A DNA stretch of 64,000 nt from an uncultured Clostridia bacterium (GCA_944392605.1 CALXXE010000005.1:7289-71288), one strand, 5' to 3'. Positions 24,611-34,239 are shown, counted from the first letter of the stretch. The notes: generated by a model not told the origin, from the sequence alone. Numbers and translations: made by a program.

Positions 24611-25453
24611 TTTTAATTCTTTAAAGAAATGATATTCTGTTCCAGAAGTATTTTTACCTCTATATGTATAACCATCATATATTCCACCTAAGTCAATATC
24701 AAGTTTCATATTATATGCAAATTTTTGATTTAAGTTATTTACAATGTGAATTGTAAAATTTAAAGTATAATTAATATCTTCTAAATTTATACCAACTTCT
24801 TGTAAAACTTTTCCGTTAAAAGAAACAGAGCTTGAATCACTAGTAACAGAATAGTTTGTTAATAAGTCTTTGTTCAAGAATCCTAAAGAAATAGGATTAG
24901 AACAATCAGTATAAAATGTTGGTTCATCATAATTATGGTTTTCATTTTCATTATTAGTATTTACTATATTGAAATCAATTCTACCATTTTCTGGACTCGT
25001 TATATCTTGATATTTACCAAAGTTTAATGGATTTTTATAGTTTAATATTCTTGTGCCATTTTCAGATTTAGCATCCACCGAAATATTATCAATATATAAT
25101 TCTTTTACAGTATTTTCATCAGTTAAATCAGAAACTGTTTGACTATTATCCAGATAAATAGAAATGTCAGTATATTGTGAGATAGACATATTGCTTAAAG
25201 ATTGATCCTCTGAGTTATCAATTGCATTAGCACTATTGTATAATAATATTCTTTGTACACTAAAAATAGGACTCTCATTTTCTTCAGCTATTTCTACCAT
25301 TTGATTTGCGAAGTTGTTTTTAGCAAAAGCATCAGCAAATACAAAGTTATAGTATAATATTAACAATATAATTGCTAAAACAATTAAAATAACAAAAGCT
25401 AGTTTTACATTTTTTATTTTAAACTTAAACTTTTTCATAGAGTGTAATTCCAT
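24608..25453 (-). CDS. Hypothetical membrane-anchored/exported protein
   Basis: 281 aa with an N-terminal TM segment (VKLAFVILIVLAIILLILYY) and an Asn/Ser-rich extracellular part. Co-oriented with the hydrolase gene just upstream of it (25481-26908); the first codon is uncertain. Confidence 0.5.
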   Translation of the reverse strand: MELHSMKKFKFKIKNVKLAFVILIVLAIILLILYYNFVFADAFAKNNFANQMVEIAEENESPIFSVQRILLYNSANAIDNSEDQSLSNMSISQYTDISIYLDNSQTVSDLTDENTVKELYIDNISVDAKSENGTRILNYKNPLNFGKYQDITSPENGRIDFNIVNTNNENENHNYDEPTFYTDCSNPISLGFLNKDLLTNYSVTSDSSSVSFNGKVLQEVGINLEDINYTLNFTIHIVNNLNQKFAYNMKLDIDLGGIYDGYTYRGKNTSGTEYHFFKELK

Positions 25454-25480
25454 CCTTTCTTTATTTTTAGAGTATCTTTT

Positions 25481-26908
25481 CTAAGAATCTAATCTATTAT
25501 ATAACATTTCCATGTAACTATATACTTTTTCATGCCAATTTTCATCAGATGCATATCTAGTATTTACACCTTCTACAGTAGGACCATTGTAGTACCAACC
25601 TTCTGCAGTTTCTCCATCATATATTTTTGTCCCTGCAGGATTTAAATAATATTTAACTAAAGATTTAGCAACGGTTTCGATTCCTTCTTGATAACTGTCA
25701 AATTCAAGAGAAGATTCATAAGGTGATTCATCATAAGCTCCATATCCAAATAAATTATTTTTATCTTTTGCAATATTTGAAGTTCCCCAAGCACTTTCGT
25801 GGATAGCTATAGAAGCTAGGAATATACCGTTTATATTATATTTTTTTTCTACATTATAGAATGCTTGATAATTATTTTCAAAAATTTTGTTCTTATCGTT
25901 AGGAATATTTGTAAATATTGTTTTATAATCATTTAAAGTTAAACCGCTTGATTTATTTAATTCCATTCCAATATTAACTTTAAGTAAAATTCTTTGAATT
26001 CTATTTTTCTCTACAATATTAGGTGTAGTTATTGGTGAAGTTAAATTAGAAGTCTTAATATATCCTTCAACACCATCAAATGAAACTTTAGCCCATTCTT
26101 CACTAGGAAGTTCAAGTAATTTCACATCTATACTTCCTTTTACTTCTGCAACATCAGTAGAAGTATCATTTGTTTCGGATTTTAATTTATCATCGTTTAC
26201 AAGATACATTGTATCTCCAATATGTACTTGATGTTTTGCTAAGAATTCTGATGTACCACGAGATATCAATTTAGGTGTAGGCTCAACTAAGTTTGTTCTC
26301 GCTAAAATAGTTTCCTCTACAAAATTACCATTTTCATAAGTTTTTACAACCGTAACTTGATCTTTTCCAAGTACACCTTCTTGAGTTACAACTTCTTCAC
26401 CTTTTGGTAAAGTGGCATTATCAGTATATGTAGTTTCAAATTCAACATCACGTTCTTCTGTTGCTTGTTCTTTTACTCTGTCCATACCAGCATTTTCAGA
26501 AATGATGCTTTGCATATTTAGTCTATGTCTATTTAATTCATAAGCTTCTACTTCTTGTGAGCTCTCAGTACTTGCATAACTTTCCGTAAAAGCTAGGTCT
26601 TTTGGAAAAAACAAAGCCATAGAAACAACTAAGATTCCACAACCTGTTAAAATATGTGATAGTTTTAAATCATTTGACTTTTGTTTGCTTGTCCTATCTT
26701 TGGTACGGAAATTAGAAGCAAAGACATTAGAGTTATTCTTTACTCTAGTAGGCTTAACCTTAGCTTTAGGTTTATGTTTTTGAGTCTTTTTTATTTGCTT
26801 TGCATATTCTGCTTGAGCTTGTGGATTATTTCTTATTGCTTGAAGCTCTTTAAAGACATCAGATAAATTTCTATTATCATAGTTAAAAGAATTTTTATCA
26901 TCTAACAT
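25481..26908 (-). CDS. Cell-wall hydrolase: TM anchor + G5 domain + SH3b-like domain + C-terminal GH73 N-acetylglucosaminidase
   Basis: G5-like VTQEGVLGKDQVTVVKTYENGNFVEETILARTNLVEPTPKLISRGT. SH3-like WAKVSFDGVEGYIKTSNL. Glucosaminidase FLASIAIHESAWGTSNIAKDKNNLFGYGAYD. ATG at 26908 has RBS aggaaagagag. Confidence 0.8.
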   Translation of the reverse strand: MLDDKNSFNYDNRNLSDVFKELQAIRNNPQAQAEYAKQIKKTQKHKPKAKVKPTRVKNNSNVFASNFRTKDRTSKQKSNDLKLSHILTGCGILVVSMALFFPKDLAFTESYASTESSQEVEAYELNRHRLNMQSIISENAGMDRVKEQATEERDVEFETTYTDNATLPKGEEVVTQEGVLGKDQVTVVKTYENGNFVEETILARTNLVEPTPKLISRGTSEFLAKHQVHIGDTMYLVNDDKLKSETNDTSTDVAEVKGSIDVKLLELPSEEWAKVSFDGVEGYIKTSNLTSPITTPNIVEKNRIQRILLKVNIGMELNKSSGLTLNDYKTIFTNIPNDKNKIFENNYQAFYNVEKKYNINGIFLASIAIHESAWGTSNIAKDKNNLFGYGAYDESPYESSLEFDSYQEGIETVAKSLVKYYLNPAGTKIYDGETAEGWYYNGPTVEGVNTRYASDENWHEKVYSYMEMLYNRLDS

Positions 26909-27103
26909 AGCTTTACTCTCTTTCCTCATAAAATAATACACATTTATTATATAATAACAATTTAATTATGTCCACACCTTTTGTCAAAAAATCTACTATT
27001 AGAAGAAATTACTAACTAATAGAAGGCATATTTTGGGTAAACTATTGTTAGATGCAAATGTTTTATGGTAAAATGTAGAAAAAAGTAAAAGGGAGAAATT
27101 AAT

Positions 27104-27388
27104 ATGTATATACCAAATCCTATTGATACAAGCAATATAATTTTAGATGAAGAAATACTTAAGTTAGCAGATTTGCTTGCAAAAAATACTCATGAAATAT
27201 GGTCAAGAAATAGAATTGAAGAAGGTTGGACTTATGGAGCGGAAAGAAACGATGAAAAAAAGACTACTCCTTGTCTAGTATCCTATGAAGAGCTTCCAGA
27301 AAATGAAAAAAAATATGATATAGATACCTCACTAGAGACGTTGAAATTAATAAAAAAGCTTGGATATAAGATAGAAAAGGAGGTATAG
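27104..27388 (+). CDS. Stand-alone RyR (ryanodine-receptor repeat) domain protein, 94 aa
   Basis: LAKNTHEIWSRNRIEEGWTYGAERNDEKKTTPCLVSYEELPENEKKYDIDTSLETLKLI matches the RyR-domain consensus (H..W...R...GW.YG......K..P.LVPY..L...EK..D). RBS aaagggag. Confidence 0.75.
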   Translation: MYIPNPIDTSNIILDEEILKLADLLAKNTHEIWSRNRIEEGWTYGAERNDEKKTTPCLVSYEELPENEKKYDIDTSLETLKLIKKLGYKIEKEV

Positions 27389-27391
27389 AAG

Positions 27392-29218
27392 ATGCAAACA
27401 TGTTTTTTGATAGCTGTGATAATTACGATAGCTAGCATTATAGCTGTTTTTAAATATAAAGAAAACGCAAAAACTAAAATCGTTATAATGATAATTTCTT
27501 CAATTGTATCATTGTCAATATTAGTATTTCCACTAATAGAACAAGAAAATGTTGTTTTTAAAGTTATGAATTCGTTTTTTTATGCTATACAAAGTATAGG
27601 AATAAATCAAGATTTATCTTTAATATCTAGTATAGATTTACATACTTTACAAGGGATAGTATATTCTTTTTATATGTATTTACTTTTCTTGGCATTACCT
27701 GTTTTGACAGCTAGCGTTATTTTAATAGTTTTAGGTGATATATTTGTTAAAATAGAATTTGCCTTAAATAAAAATAAAAGACTTTATATTTTTTCAGAAA
27801 TGAATGAAAAATCATTAATGGTTGCAAAAAGGATTTTAAATAGAAAAGGAAATAATGCAAAAATAGTTTTTGCAAATTTTGATAGAGAAAAAAATAAGGA
27901 AAATATAAAAGCAATAAGGATATCAAATAGTATAGTAAACATAAAAATAGGAGATGAAAATAAAGTAACTTTTTATTTAATTTCCGAGAATGAAGAAGAA
28001 AATCTAGAAAATGCTTTAGAATTAATTACAAAATATCATAAAAGAGAAAAAACTAAAATATATGTAGTAAACAATTCAGAAGTTGCCACAATAATTTTAG
28101 ATTCCACAGATAAAGGAAAAATAAATGTAGAAATTATAAATGAAACTGAAAGAATGATTTATGATCTTTTAGATAGAATACCATTATATTTAAATTCAAT
28201 AAATGATAAAATATCTGTATTAATAGTTGGTTGCGGAAGAGTAGGTCAAGAATTTTTAAAAACAATTGTATGGTGTGGCCAAATAATCGGATATGAATTA
28301 GAGATAAATGTTATAGACATAAATGCTGATAAAATTAAAGAAGAAATAAATATAGAACAACCAGAACTTTTAGAAAATTATAATATAAATTTTATAAATG
28401 CAGATATTAAGTCTAAAAATGCAAGTGAAGAGATAGAAAAGCTATCAGAAGTAAATTATATATTTGTATCAATGGAAAGCGATGAAAAGAATATTGAGAC
28501 AGCAATTTTACTTAGAAGAATGTTCTTAAGACAAGATAAAGATGGGTTTAATAGACGTCCGATAATTAATTTATGGATAGACAATGAGAATAAGAAAGAG
28601 AAAATAAATGGACTAGTAAATGAAAGAAATAATTCATACAACTTAAATGCGTTTGGAAGTATTAAAGATATGTATTATGATAATTGTATAATAAATTCAA
28701 AATTAGAAAGCTTAGCAAAACAAGTTCATTTATCATACAGTCCAAAAGATGTTAATTTGAAACAATATAATTCATTGGAATATAATAAATGCTCTTCTAG
28801 AGCAACTGCACTTCATTTAAAATATAAATTATATTCTGTTTTAAGAGAAAAATATACTAACAATATAGAAGAAGATTTAAAAAATTATGAAGAGATTGCA
28901 AATGATAAAATAGTAGAGGAATTAAGTGAGAATGAGCACGAAAGATGGAATGCTTATACAAGAAGTATTGGATATACAAAAAAAACTATAGAAGAAGTAA
29001 AAAGTTATATAGAAAACACAGGGGATTATAGACATTTCTTAGCAAAATTCCATCCAGCTCTTGTAGAATATGAAGAGTTAGATAAAGTAAGTGAGGAACT
29101 AAATAAATTAACAGGAAAAGAGATTGATTTAAAAGAAAGCGATAGAATGATTATTAGAAATATACCAAATATCTTTAAAAAATATATTAAAAGGGGAGTT
29201 GTAAAAGGTGAAGAGTGA
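27392..29218 (+). CDS. Membrane protein with a Rossmann-type NAD(P)-binding fold and a C-terminal RyR-like domain
   Basis: 3-4 TM helices in aa 1-120. GxGxxG at VLIVGCGRVGQEF. The C-terminus ENEHERWNAYTRSIGY..FHPALVEYEELD resembles a second RyR-type repeat. Starts 4 nt after the gene 1 stop. Confidence 0.6.
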   Translation: MQTCFLIAVIITIASIIAVFKYKENAKTKIVIMIISSIVSLSILVFPLIEQENVVFKVMNSFFYAIQSIGINQDLSLISSIDLHTLQGIVYSFYMYLLFLALPVLTASVILIVLGDIFVKIEFALNKNKRLYIFSEMNEKSLMVAKRILNRKGNNAKIVFANFDREKNKENIKAIRISNSIVNIKIGDENKVTFYLISENEEENLENALELITKYHKREKTKIYVVNNSEVATIILDSTDKGKINVEIINETERMIYDLLDRIPLYLNSINDKISVLIVGCGRVGQEFLKTIVWCGQIIGYELEINVIDINADKIKEEINIEQPELLENYNINFINADIKSKNASEEIEKLSEVNYIFVSMESDEKNIETAILLRRMFLRQDKDGFNRRPIINLWIDNENKKEKINGLVNERNNSYNLNAFGSIKDMYYDNCIINSKLESLAKQVHLSYSPKDVNLKQYNSLEYNKCSSRATALHLKYKLYSVLREKYTNNIEEDLKNYEEIANDKIVEELSENEHERWNAYTRSIGYTKKTIEEVKSYIENTGDYRHFLAKFHPALVEYEELDKVSEELNKLTGKEIDLKESDRMIIRNIPNIFKKYIKRGVVKGEE

Positions 29219-31295
29219 TGTATTTATTAGTTATAGTTCAAAAGAATATGAAACAGCAAATATAGTAAGACAAACATTAAAAAGTAATAAAATAAAATGT
29301 TGGATGGCTCCTGAATCCATACCAGCAGGTTCTAATTATTCAAGAGAAATACCTAAAGGAATAAGAGAATCTCAGATTTTTTTACTTATATTATCTAGCT
29401 CATCTCAGGACTCAATATGGGTATCAAGAGAAATAGACCAAGCTTTAAATGAAAGAAAGATAATAATTCCTTTCCAAATAGAAGACTTTAAGTTGAATGA
29501 TTCTTTTAATTTTTATTTGAGCCAAGTGCAGAGAATTACAGCATTTACACAGCTACAAGATTCATTAAATAAGCTAGTCGAAAAGATAAAAGCAATTATA
29601 AATATAGAAAATGACAATAATACTGCTAATGAAAAGAAACAAGACGAAAAAGTTGTAAAACAACAAACAAAACAAAGTAAAAATACCATATATGATAATG
29701 GTGATATATATGAGGGAGAGTTAGTTGATGGCAAAAGAAATGGAAAAGGCAAAATGGAGTATGCAAATGGAGACATATATGAAGGATTATTTAAAAATGA
29801 TTTAAAAGCTGGAAAGGGTAAAATGACTTATGCAAATGGTGACATATATGAGGGATTTTTTGCAAAAGATAAACCAAGTGGAAGAGGAAGATACATATAT
29901 GTAAATGGCAATTACTATGAGGGATATTTTGCAGATGGTAAGTTTAACGGAAAAGGTAAGCTTAGATATGTTAATAGGAATATATATGAAGGAACCTTTG
30001 AAAACGGTTTACGAAATGGTGAAGGAAAACTTACATATTTTACAGGTAATGTATATGAGGGACAGTTTGATAAAGACAAAATGAATGGAAAAGGTAGAAT
30101 GACATATAATAATGGTAATGTATATGAAGGGGAATTCAAAGACAATAAACCTTGTGGAAAAGGTAAAATGGTTATTAAAGATTTAGGAGTATATGAAGGA
30201 GAGTTTTGTAAAGGAAAATTCAATGGAGAAGGTATGTTAAAAACAGAAAATGGTATTGTTAAAGAAGGAACATGGGAAAATAATAATTTAATTGGGCGAA
30301 TAAAACATACAGATAAAGATGGAGTAATAACCTTTGGAAATTGTACTTATAATGAAGTTGATAAAACTTATAAGTTAGTTTGGGAAGATATTGTAGATAG
30401 TTACGAAGGGCAAATGATGTATGGTTTATATAATGGAAAAGGAATATACAATTATGAAGATGGAACATATTATGAAGGAGATTGGAAAAATGGTTTAAAA
30501 GAAGGAAAAGGCAAAGCAACATATGAAGATGGAACATATTATGAAGGTGACTTTAAAGATGGAATAAGAGAGGGAAAAGGAAAATACGTATATAAAAATG
30601 GAACATATTATGAAGGAGATTTTAAAAATGGAACAAGTGAAGGAAAAGGCAAAGAAACATATGAAAATGGAAGTTATTATGTAGGGGAGTTTAAAAACGA
30701 CAAAAGAGAAGGAAAAGGAAAATATGTATATAATGATGGAACATATTATGAAGGAGAATGGAAAAATGATAAAAGTGAGGGAAAAGGCAAAGAAACATAT
30801 AATGATGGAAGTTATTATGAAGGTGAATTTAAAAATGGAATAAAAGAAGGAAAAGGTAAATATATATGGAAAGAAGGAACTTGTTATGAAGGCGATTTTA
30901 AAAACGGAGTAAGAGAAGGAAATGGAAAATATGTATATAATGATGGAACATATTATGAAGGAGAATGGAAAAATGATAAAAGTGAGGGAAAAGGCAAAGA
31001 AACATATGAAAGAGGAGGATATTATATAGGAGATTTTAAAAATAATAAAAGAGAAGGAAAAGGAAAACTAGTGGGAAAAAATGGAGAACTTTATGAGGGA
31101 GACTTTAAAAATGGCGTAGCAGAAGGAAATGGAAAAGAAACATTTAGAAATGGAGATTATAGAGAAGGTGAATATAAGGAATTTAAATTATATAATGGTG
31201 TTTATTATAATAAAAAGAGTAATAAAAAAATATATTATGAAAATGGAAACCCTTTAAATAAGATAGAAGCTTTATTTAAAAAGAAGAAAAAATAA
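29208..31295 (+). CDS. TIR-domain protein fused to about 21 MORN repeats
   Basis: N-terminal SDVFISYSSKEYETANIVRQTL...IFLLILSSSSQDSIWVSREIDQAL is a bacterial TIR with a candidate catalytic Glu in WVSREI. Two blocks of 23-aa repeats follow (Y.NGD.YEG.F.....GKGK; I count 9 + 12). The GTG start overlaps the gene 2 end by 11 nt. Confidence 0.85.
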   Translation: MKSDVFISYSSKEYETANIVRQTLKSNKIKCWMAPESIPAGSNYSREIPKGIRESQIFLLILSSSSQDSIWVSREIDQALNERKIIIPFQIEDFKLNDSFNFYLSQVQRITAFTQLQDSLNKLVEKIKAIINIENDNNTANEKKQDEKVVKQQTKQSKNTIYDNGDIYEGELVDGKRNGKGKMEYANGDIYEGLFKNDLKAGKGKMTYANGDIYEGFFAKDKPSGRGRYIYVNGNYYEGYFADGKFNGKGKLRYVNRNIYEGTFENGLRNGEGKLTYFTGNVYEGQFDKDKMNGKGRMTYNNGNVYEGEFKDNKPCGKGKMVIKDLGVYEGEFCKGKFNGEGMLKTENGIVKEGTWENNNLIGRIKHTDKDGVITFGNCTYNEVDKTYKLVWEDIVDSYEGQMMYGLYNGKGIYNYEDGTYYEGDWKNGLKEGKGKATYEDGTYYEGDFKDGIREGKGKYVYKNGTYYEGDFKNGTSEGKGKETYENGSYYVGEFKNDKREGKGKYVYNDGTYYEGEWKNDKSEGKGKETYNDGSYYEGEFKNGIKEGKGKYIWKEGTCYEGDFKNGVREGNGKYVYNDGTYYEGEWKNDKSEGKGKETYERGGYYIGDFKNNKREGKGKLVGKNGELYEGDFKNGVAEGNGKETFRNGDYREGEYKEFKLYNGVYYNKKSNKKIYYENGNPLNKIEALFKKKKK
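30717..30800 (+). repeat. 84-bp exact direct repeat inside the MORN array, copy 1
   Basis: ggaaaatatgtatataatgatgg...ggcaaagaaacatat is identical to 30924-31007. Offset is 207 bp, equal to three MORN units. Confidence 0.9.
30924..31007 (+). repeat. 84-bp exact direct repeat inside the MORN array, copy 2
   Basis: Identical to 30717-30800 by hand comparison. Confidence 0.9.
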
Positions 31296-31310
31296 TTTTA
31301 TTTATTGTTA

Positions 31311-31349
31311 AAAGATAAACTATGGATGGATTTATAGTTTATCTTTTTT
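31311..31349 (+). terminator. Rho-independent terminator ending the RyR/TIR operon
   Basis: 13-bp stem aaagataaactat / atagtttatcttt plus a T-run. Confidence 0.8.
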
Positions 31350-31437
31350 GATTTTTATTATCAGAAAAAGTTAGTAATTGCTTGCAAAATTCACAAAATA
31401 GTATATAATATACATATGTGAGAAAGAAGGTGAAAAA

Positions 31438-32112
31438 GTGAATTTAGAAGAGCTAGAAAAAAATATAGGTTATACATTTAAAAACAAAGAACTACTAAAA
31501 CAAGCACTAAGGCATACATCTTATGCTAATGAACGTAACTTAGAAAGTAATGAAAAATTAGAGTTTTTAGGAGACAGTATATTAGAATTTTTATCAAGTA
31601 AATATATCTATAATAAGTATACAAAACTAAGAGAAGGAGAAATGACTAAAGTTAGAGCAACAGTGGTATGTGAAAAAAGCCTGTACAAAGTAGCAAAATT
31701 GCATAATTTTAGTGATTTCTTGTACTTAGGAAAATCAGAGCAAAAGACAGATGGAAGCAAAAGACCTGCAATTCTAGCAGATAGTGTAGAAGCTGTAATA
31801 GCGGCTATATACTTAGATGGTGGGTTAGAAGAAGCAGAAAAATTTATAATAGAAAATTTAAAAGATGCAATCTTAGATGCAACAAAACATGTAGGAGATA
31901 AAGATTATAAAACAGTATTACAAGAAAAGCTTCAAGAACATGGTGATGTAAAAATAGAATATAAAACAATAGGAGAAAGTGGACCAGATCATGATAAAAC
32001 ATTTGAAGCAGATGTAGAAGTAAACGGAAAATTCTTAGCAAAAGGAAAGGGGAAAAGTAAAAAGGAAGCACAAATGCAGGCAGCCAAAAAGGCACTGGAA
32101 AATTTAAATTAG
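31438..32112 (+). CDS. rnc: Ribonuclease III
   Basis: Signature NEKLEFLGDSILEF, ADSVEAVIAAIYLDGG, and the C-terminal dsRBD (GPDHDKTFEADVEVNGK..GKGKSKKEAQMQAAKKAL). GTG start after aaggtga. Confidence 0.95.
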   Translation: MNLEELEKNIGYTFKNKELLKQALRHTSYANERNLESNEKLEFLGDSILEFLSSKYIYNKYTKLREGEMTKVRATVVCEKSLYKVAKLHNFSDFLYLGKSEQKTDGSKRPAILADSVEAVIAAIYLDGGLEEAEKFIIENLKDAILDATKHVGDKDYKTVLQEKLQEHGDVKIEYKTIGESGPDHDKTFEADVEVNGKFLAKGKGKSKKEAQMQAAKKALENLN

Positions 32113-32126
32113 AAGAGAGGTAATTT

Positions 32127-33170
32127 ATGAAAAAACAGTACATTATACCAATATTTGTACCACATCTAGGATGTCCAAATGATTGCATATTTTGTAATCA
32201 AAAATCTATAAGTGGTCAAAAAAATGAAATGACTAAAGAAGAAGCCGATAAAATAATAAAGAATTACCTAAAAAGTATGAACAAAGAAGATGCACAAATA
32301 GAAATTGCATTTTTTGGAGGAAGTTTTACAGCAATACCAGAAGAAAAACAAGAGGAGTTATTACAAGTTGCTTACCAATATGTAAAAAGTGGAGAGGTAG
32401 AAAGCATTAGAGTTTCAACTAGACCGGATAGCATAAGTAAACCGATTTTAAAGAGGCTTAAAAAATATGGAGTAAAAACAATAGAGCTTGGTGTTCAATC
32501 TACAAATAATTATATTTTAAATAGAATAAATAGAGGTCATACATTTGAAGATGTTAAAAAAGCATCAAAAATGATTAGATGGAATGGATTTAGGTTAGGA
32601 CACCAAATGATGGTGGGACTACCTGAAAGTACAAGATTAGATGAAATAAATACAGCAAAACAATTAATAAAATTAAAACCTAAAATGGTAAGAATTTATC
32701 CAACATTAGTTATAAAAAATACAAAACTCGAAAAAGAATATGAAGAAGGAAAATATAAACCACTATCAGTTGTACAAACAGTAGAAATTTGTAAGGATTT
32801 AGTAAGAATGTTTGCAGATAGAAAAATAGATGTAATAAGAATAGGGCTTCAAACAACAGATGAAATATCAGATCCAAGTAACAAAGATAGTGAAGTAATT
32901 GCAGGACCATATCATCCAGCTTTAAGACAGTTAATAGAATCAGCAATGTGGTATGACGCAATAGTAGGAAAAATAAAGAAATTAAATGTAAAAGTAAAAG
33001 AAGTAGAAGTCACAGTAAATCCAATTGATAGCAATAATGTAATAGGACATAAAAAGGAAAACGTCTTGAAACTAAAAGATACATATGATGTGGATTTAGT
33101 TTTAAAACAAGATAAAAAAGTAAAACAAGGAAAGTCAAAAATAGTAGTAACTAAAACTTATACAGATTAG
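32127..33170 (+). CDS. Radical SAM protein (ELP3/YhcC-like)
   Basis: CPNDCIFC CxxxCxxC cluster motif near the N-terminus. The position after rnc is common in Clostridia. Confidence 0.8.
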   Translation: MKKQYIIPIFVPHLGCPNDCIFCNQKSISGQKNEMTKEEADKIIKNYLKSMNKEDAQIEIAFFGGSFTAIPEEKQEELLQVAYQYVKSGEVESIRVSTRPDSISKPILKRLKKYGVKTIELGVQSTNNYILNRINRGHTFEDVKKASKMIRWNGFRLGHQMMVGLPESTRLDEINTAKQLIKLKPKMVRIYPTLVIKNTKLEKEYEEGKYKPLSVVQTVEICKDLVRMFADRKIDVIRIGLQTTDEISDPSNKDSEVIAGPYHPALRQLIESAMWYDAIVGKIKKLNVKVKEVEVTVNPIDSNNVIGHKKENVLKLKDTYDVDLVLKQDKKVKQGKSKIVVTKTYTD

Positions 33171-33239
33171 AAAACTAAAATAAAGAAAAAAGAATAAATC
33201 ACCTATATTTTACCAATAATAAAATAAAGGTGATTTTTT

Positions 33240-34115
33240 ATGGATATGATAAATGAAAAAAATGAAGAAAGAAAAGGAATGACGAGAAGAATTGTCTTAG
33301 AAATATTAGGAACAATAATTGGTTCGTTTGTAATGGCATTAGGAGTATCATTGTTTTTGCTTCCTAATCAATTATCATCAGGAGGAGTAGCAGGTATTGC
33401 AACTATAACTTATTATTTATTAAATATACCAATGGGAACAATGATATTATTAATAAATATTCCATTGTTTCTAATATCAATATTAAAGGTGGGAAAATAC
33501 TTTTTTATAAAATCTGTAATAGGAACAGCTACATTATCATTTTTTATAGATATATTAGATAAATTTGAGCCATTAACAGAGGATAGGTTCTTAGCTTGTG
33601 TATATGGTGGAATTATTTTAGGAATAGGAACAGCAATTCTACTAAAAGCAAACTCATCAACAGGGGGAAGTGACTTAGTAAGCTATGTAGCAAAAAAGTA
33701 TAAGCCAACAGTACAAGCGGGGAATATTATAGTTATTGTAGATATTATAATAGTAAGCTTAAATATGATATTTCTAAAAGAAATAGAAATAGGGCTTTAT
33801 TCGGCAATTGCAATTTATTTAATGGGAAAAATGATAGATATTTTATTTGAGGGAATAGATTTTACGAAATTAATGATTATAATTTCAGATAAAAATGAGG
33901 AAATAGCAAAAGCAATATTAGAAAAGATAGAAAGAGGTTCAACAGGTCTTTATGGAAAAGGTATGTATACAGGAAGAGAAAAGCTAGTACTCATGTGTGC
34001 AGCATACAGAAATGATGTAGCTAAAATAAAAATGATAGCAAGAAGAATAGATCCAAGAAGTTTTATAGTAATAACAAATTCAAGGGAAGTAGTAGGACAA
34101 GGATTTGAAAAATGA
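33240..34115 (+). CDS. YitT family membrane protein (DUF2179 C-terminal domain)
   Basis: FLLPNQLSSGGVAGIATI and STGGSDLV motifs, with a C-terminal soluble domain (GSTGLYGKGMYTGRE). Confidence 0.8.
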   Translation: MDMINEKNEERKGMTRRIVLEILGTIIGSFVMALGVSLFLLPNQLSSGGVAGIATITYYLLNIPMGTMILLINIPLFLISILKVGKYFFIKSVIGTATLSFFIDILDKFEPLTEDRFLACVYGGIILGIGTAILLKANSSTGGSDLVSYVAKKYKPTVQAGNIIVIVDIIIVSLNMIFLKEIEIGLYSAIAIYLMGKMIDILFEGIDFTKLMIIISDKNEEIAKAILEKIERGSTGLYGKGMYTGREKLVLMCAAYRNDVAKIKMIARRIDPRSFIVITNSREVVGQGFEK

Positions 34116-34144
34116 GAAAAAGAGGGACGGGGGTTTTTTGTCTC
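34114..34144. repeat. GAGA(C)..AGGGACG..GTCTC hairpin, copy B
   Basis: tgagaaaaagagggacgggggttttttgtctca. The TGA of tgaga is the yitT-family stop codon. Confidence 0.7.
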
Positions 34145-34239
34145 ATTTTATAAGATAAAGTGAAAACAAATTTGTTTTAGAACTAATAATTATTATTGAA
34201 CTTAAAGTATAAATGTTGTAAAATAAAAATGGTGATAAT

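Noticed and set aside
24390-24632. 80-aa alternative-frame ORF at the 3-prime end of the FGE-like gene.
   Set aside because: It lies within and beyond a longer ORF with recognisable domain motifs, and it runs through the GC-rich terminator hairpin.
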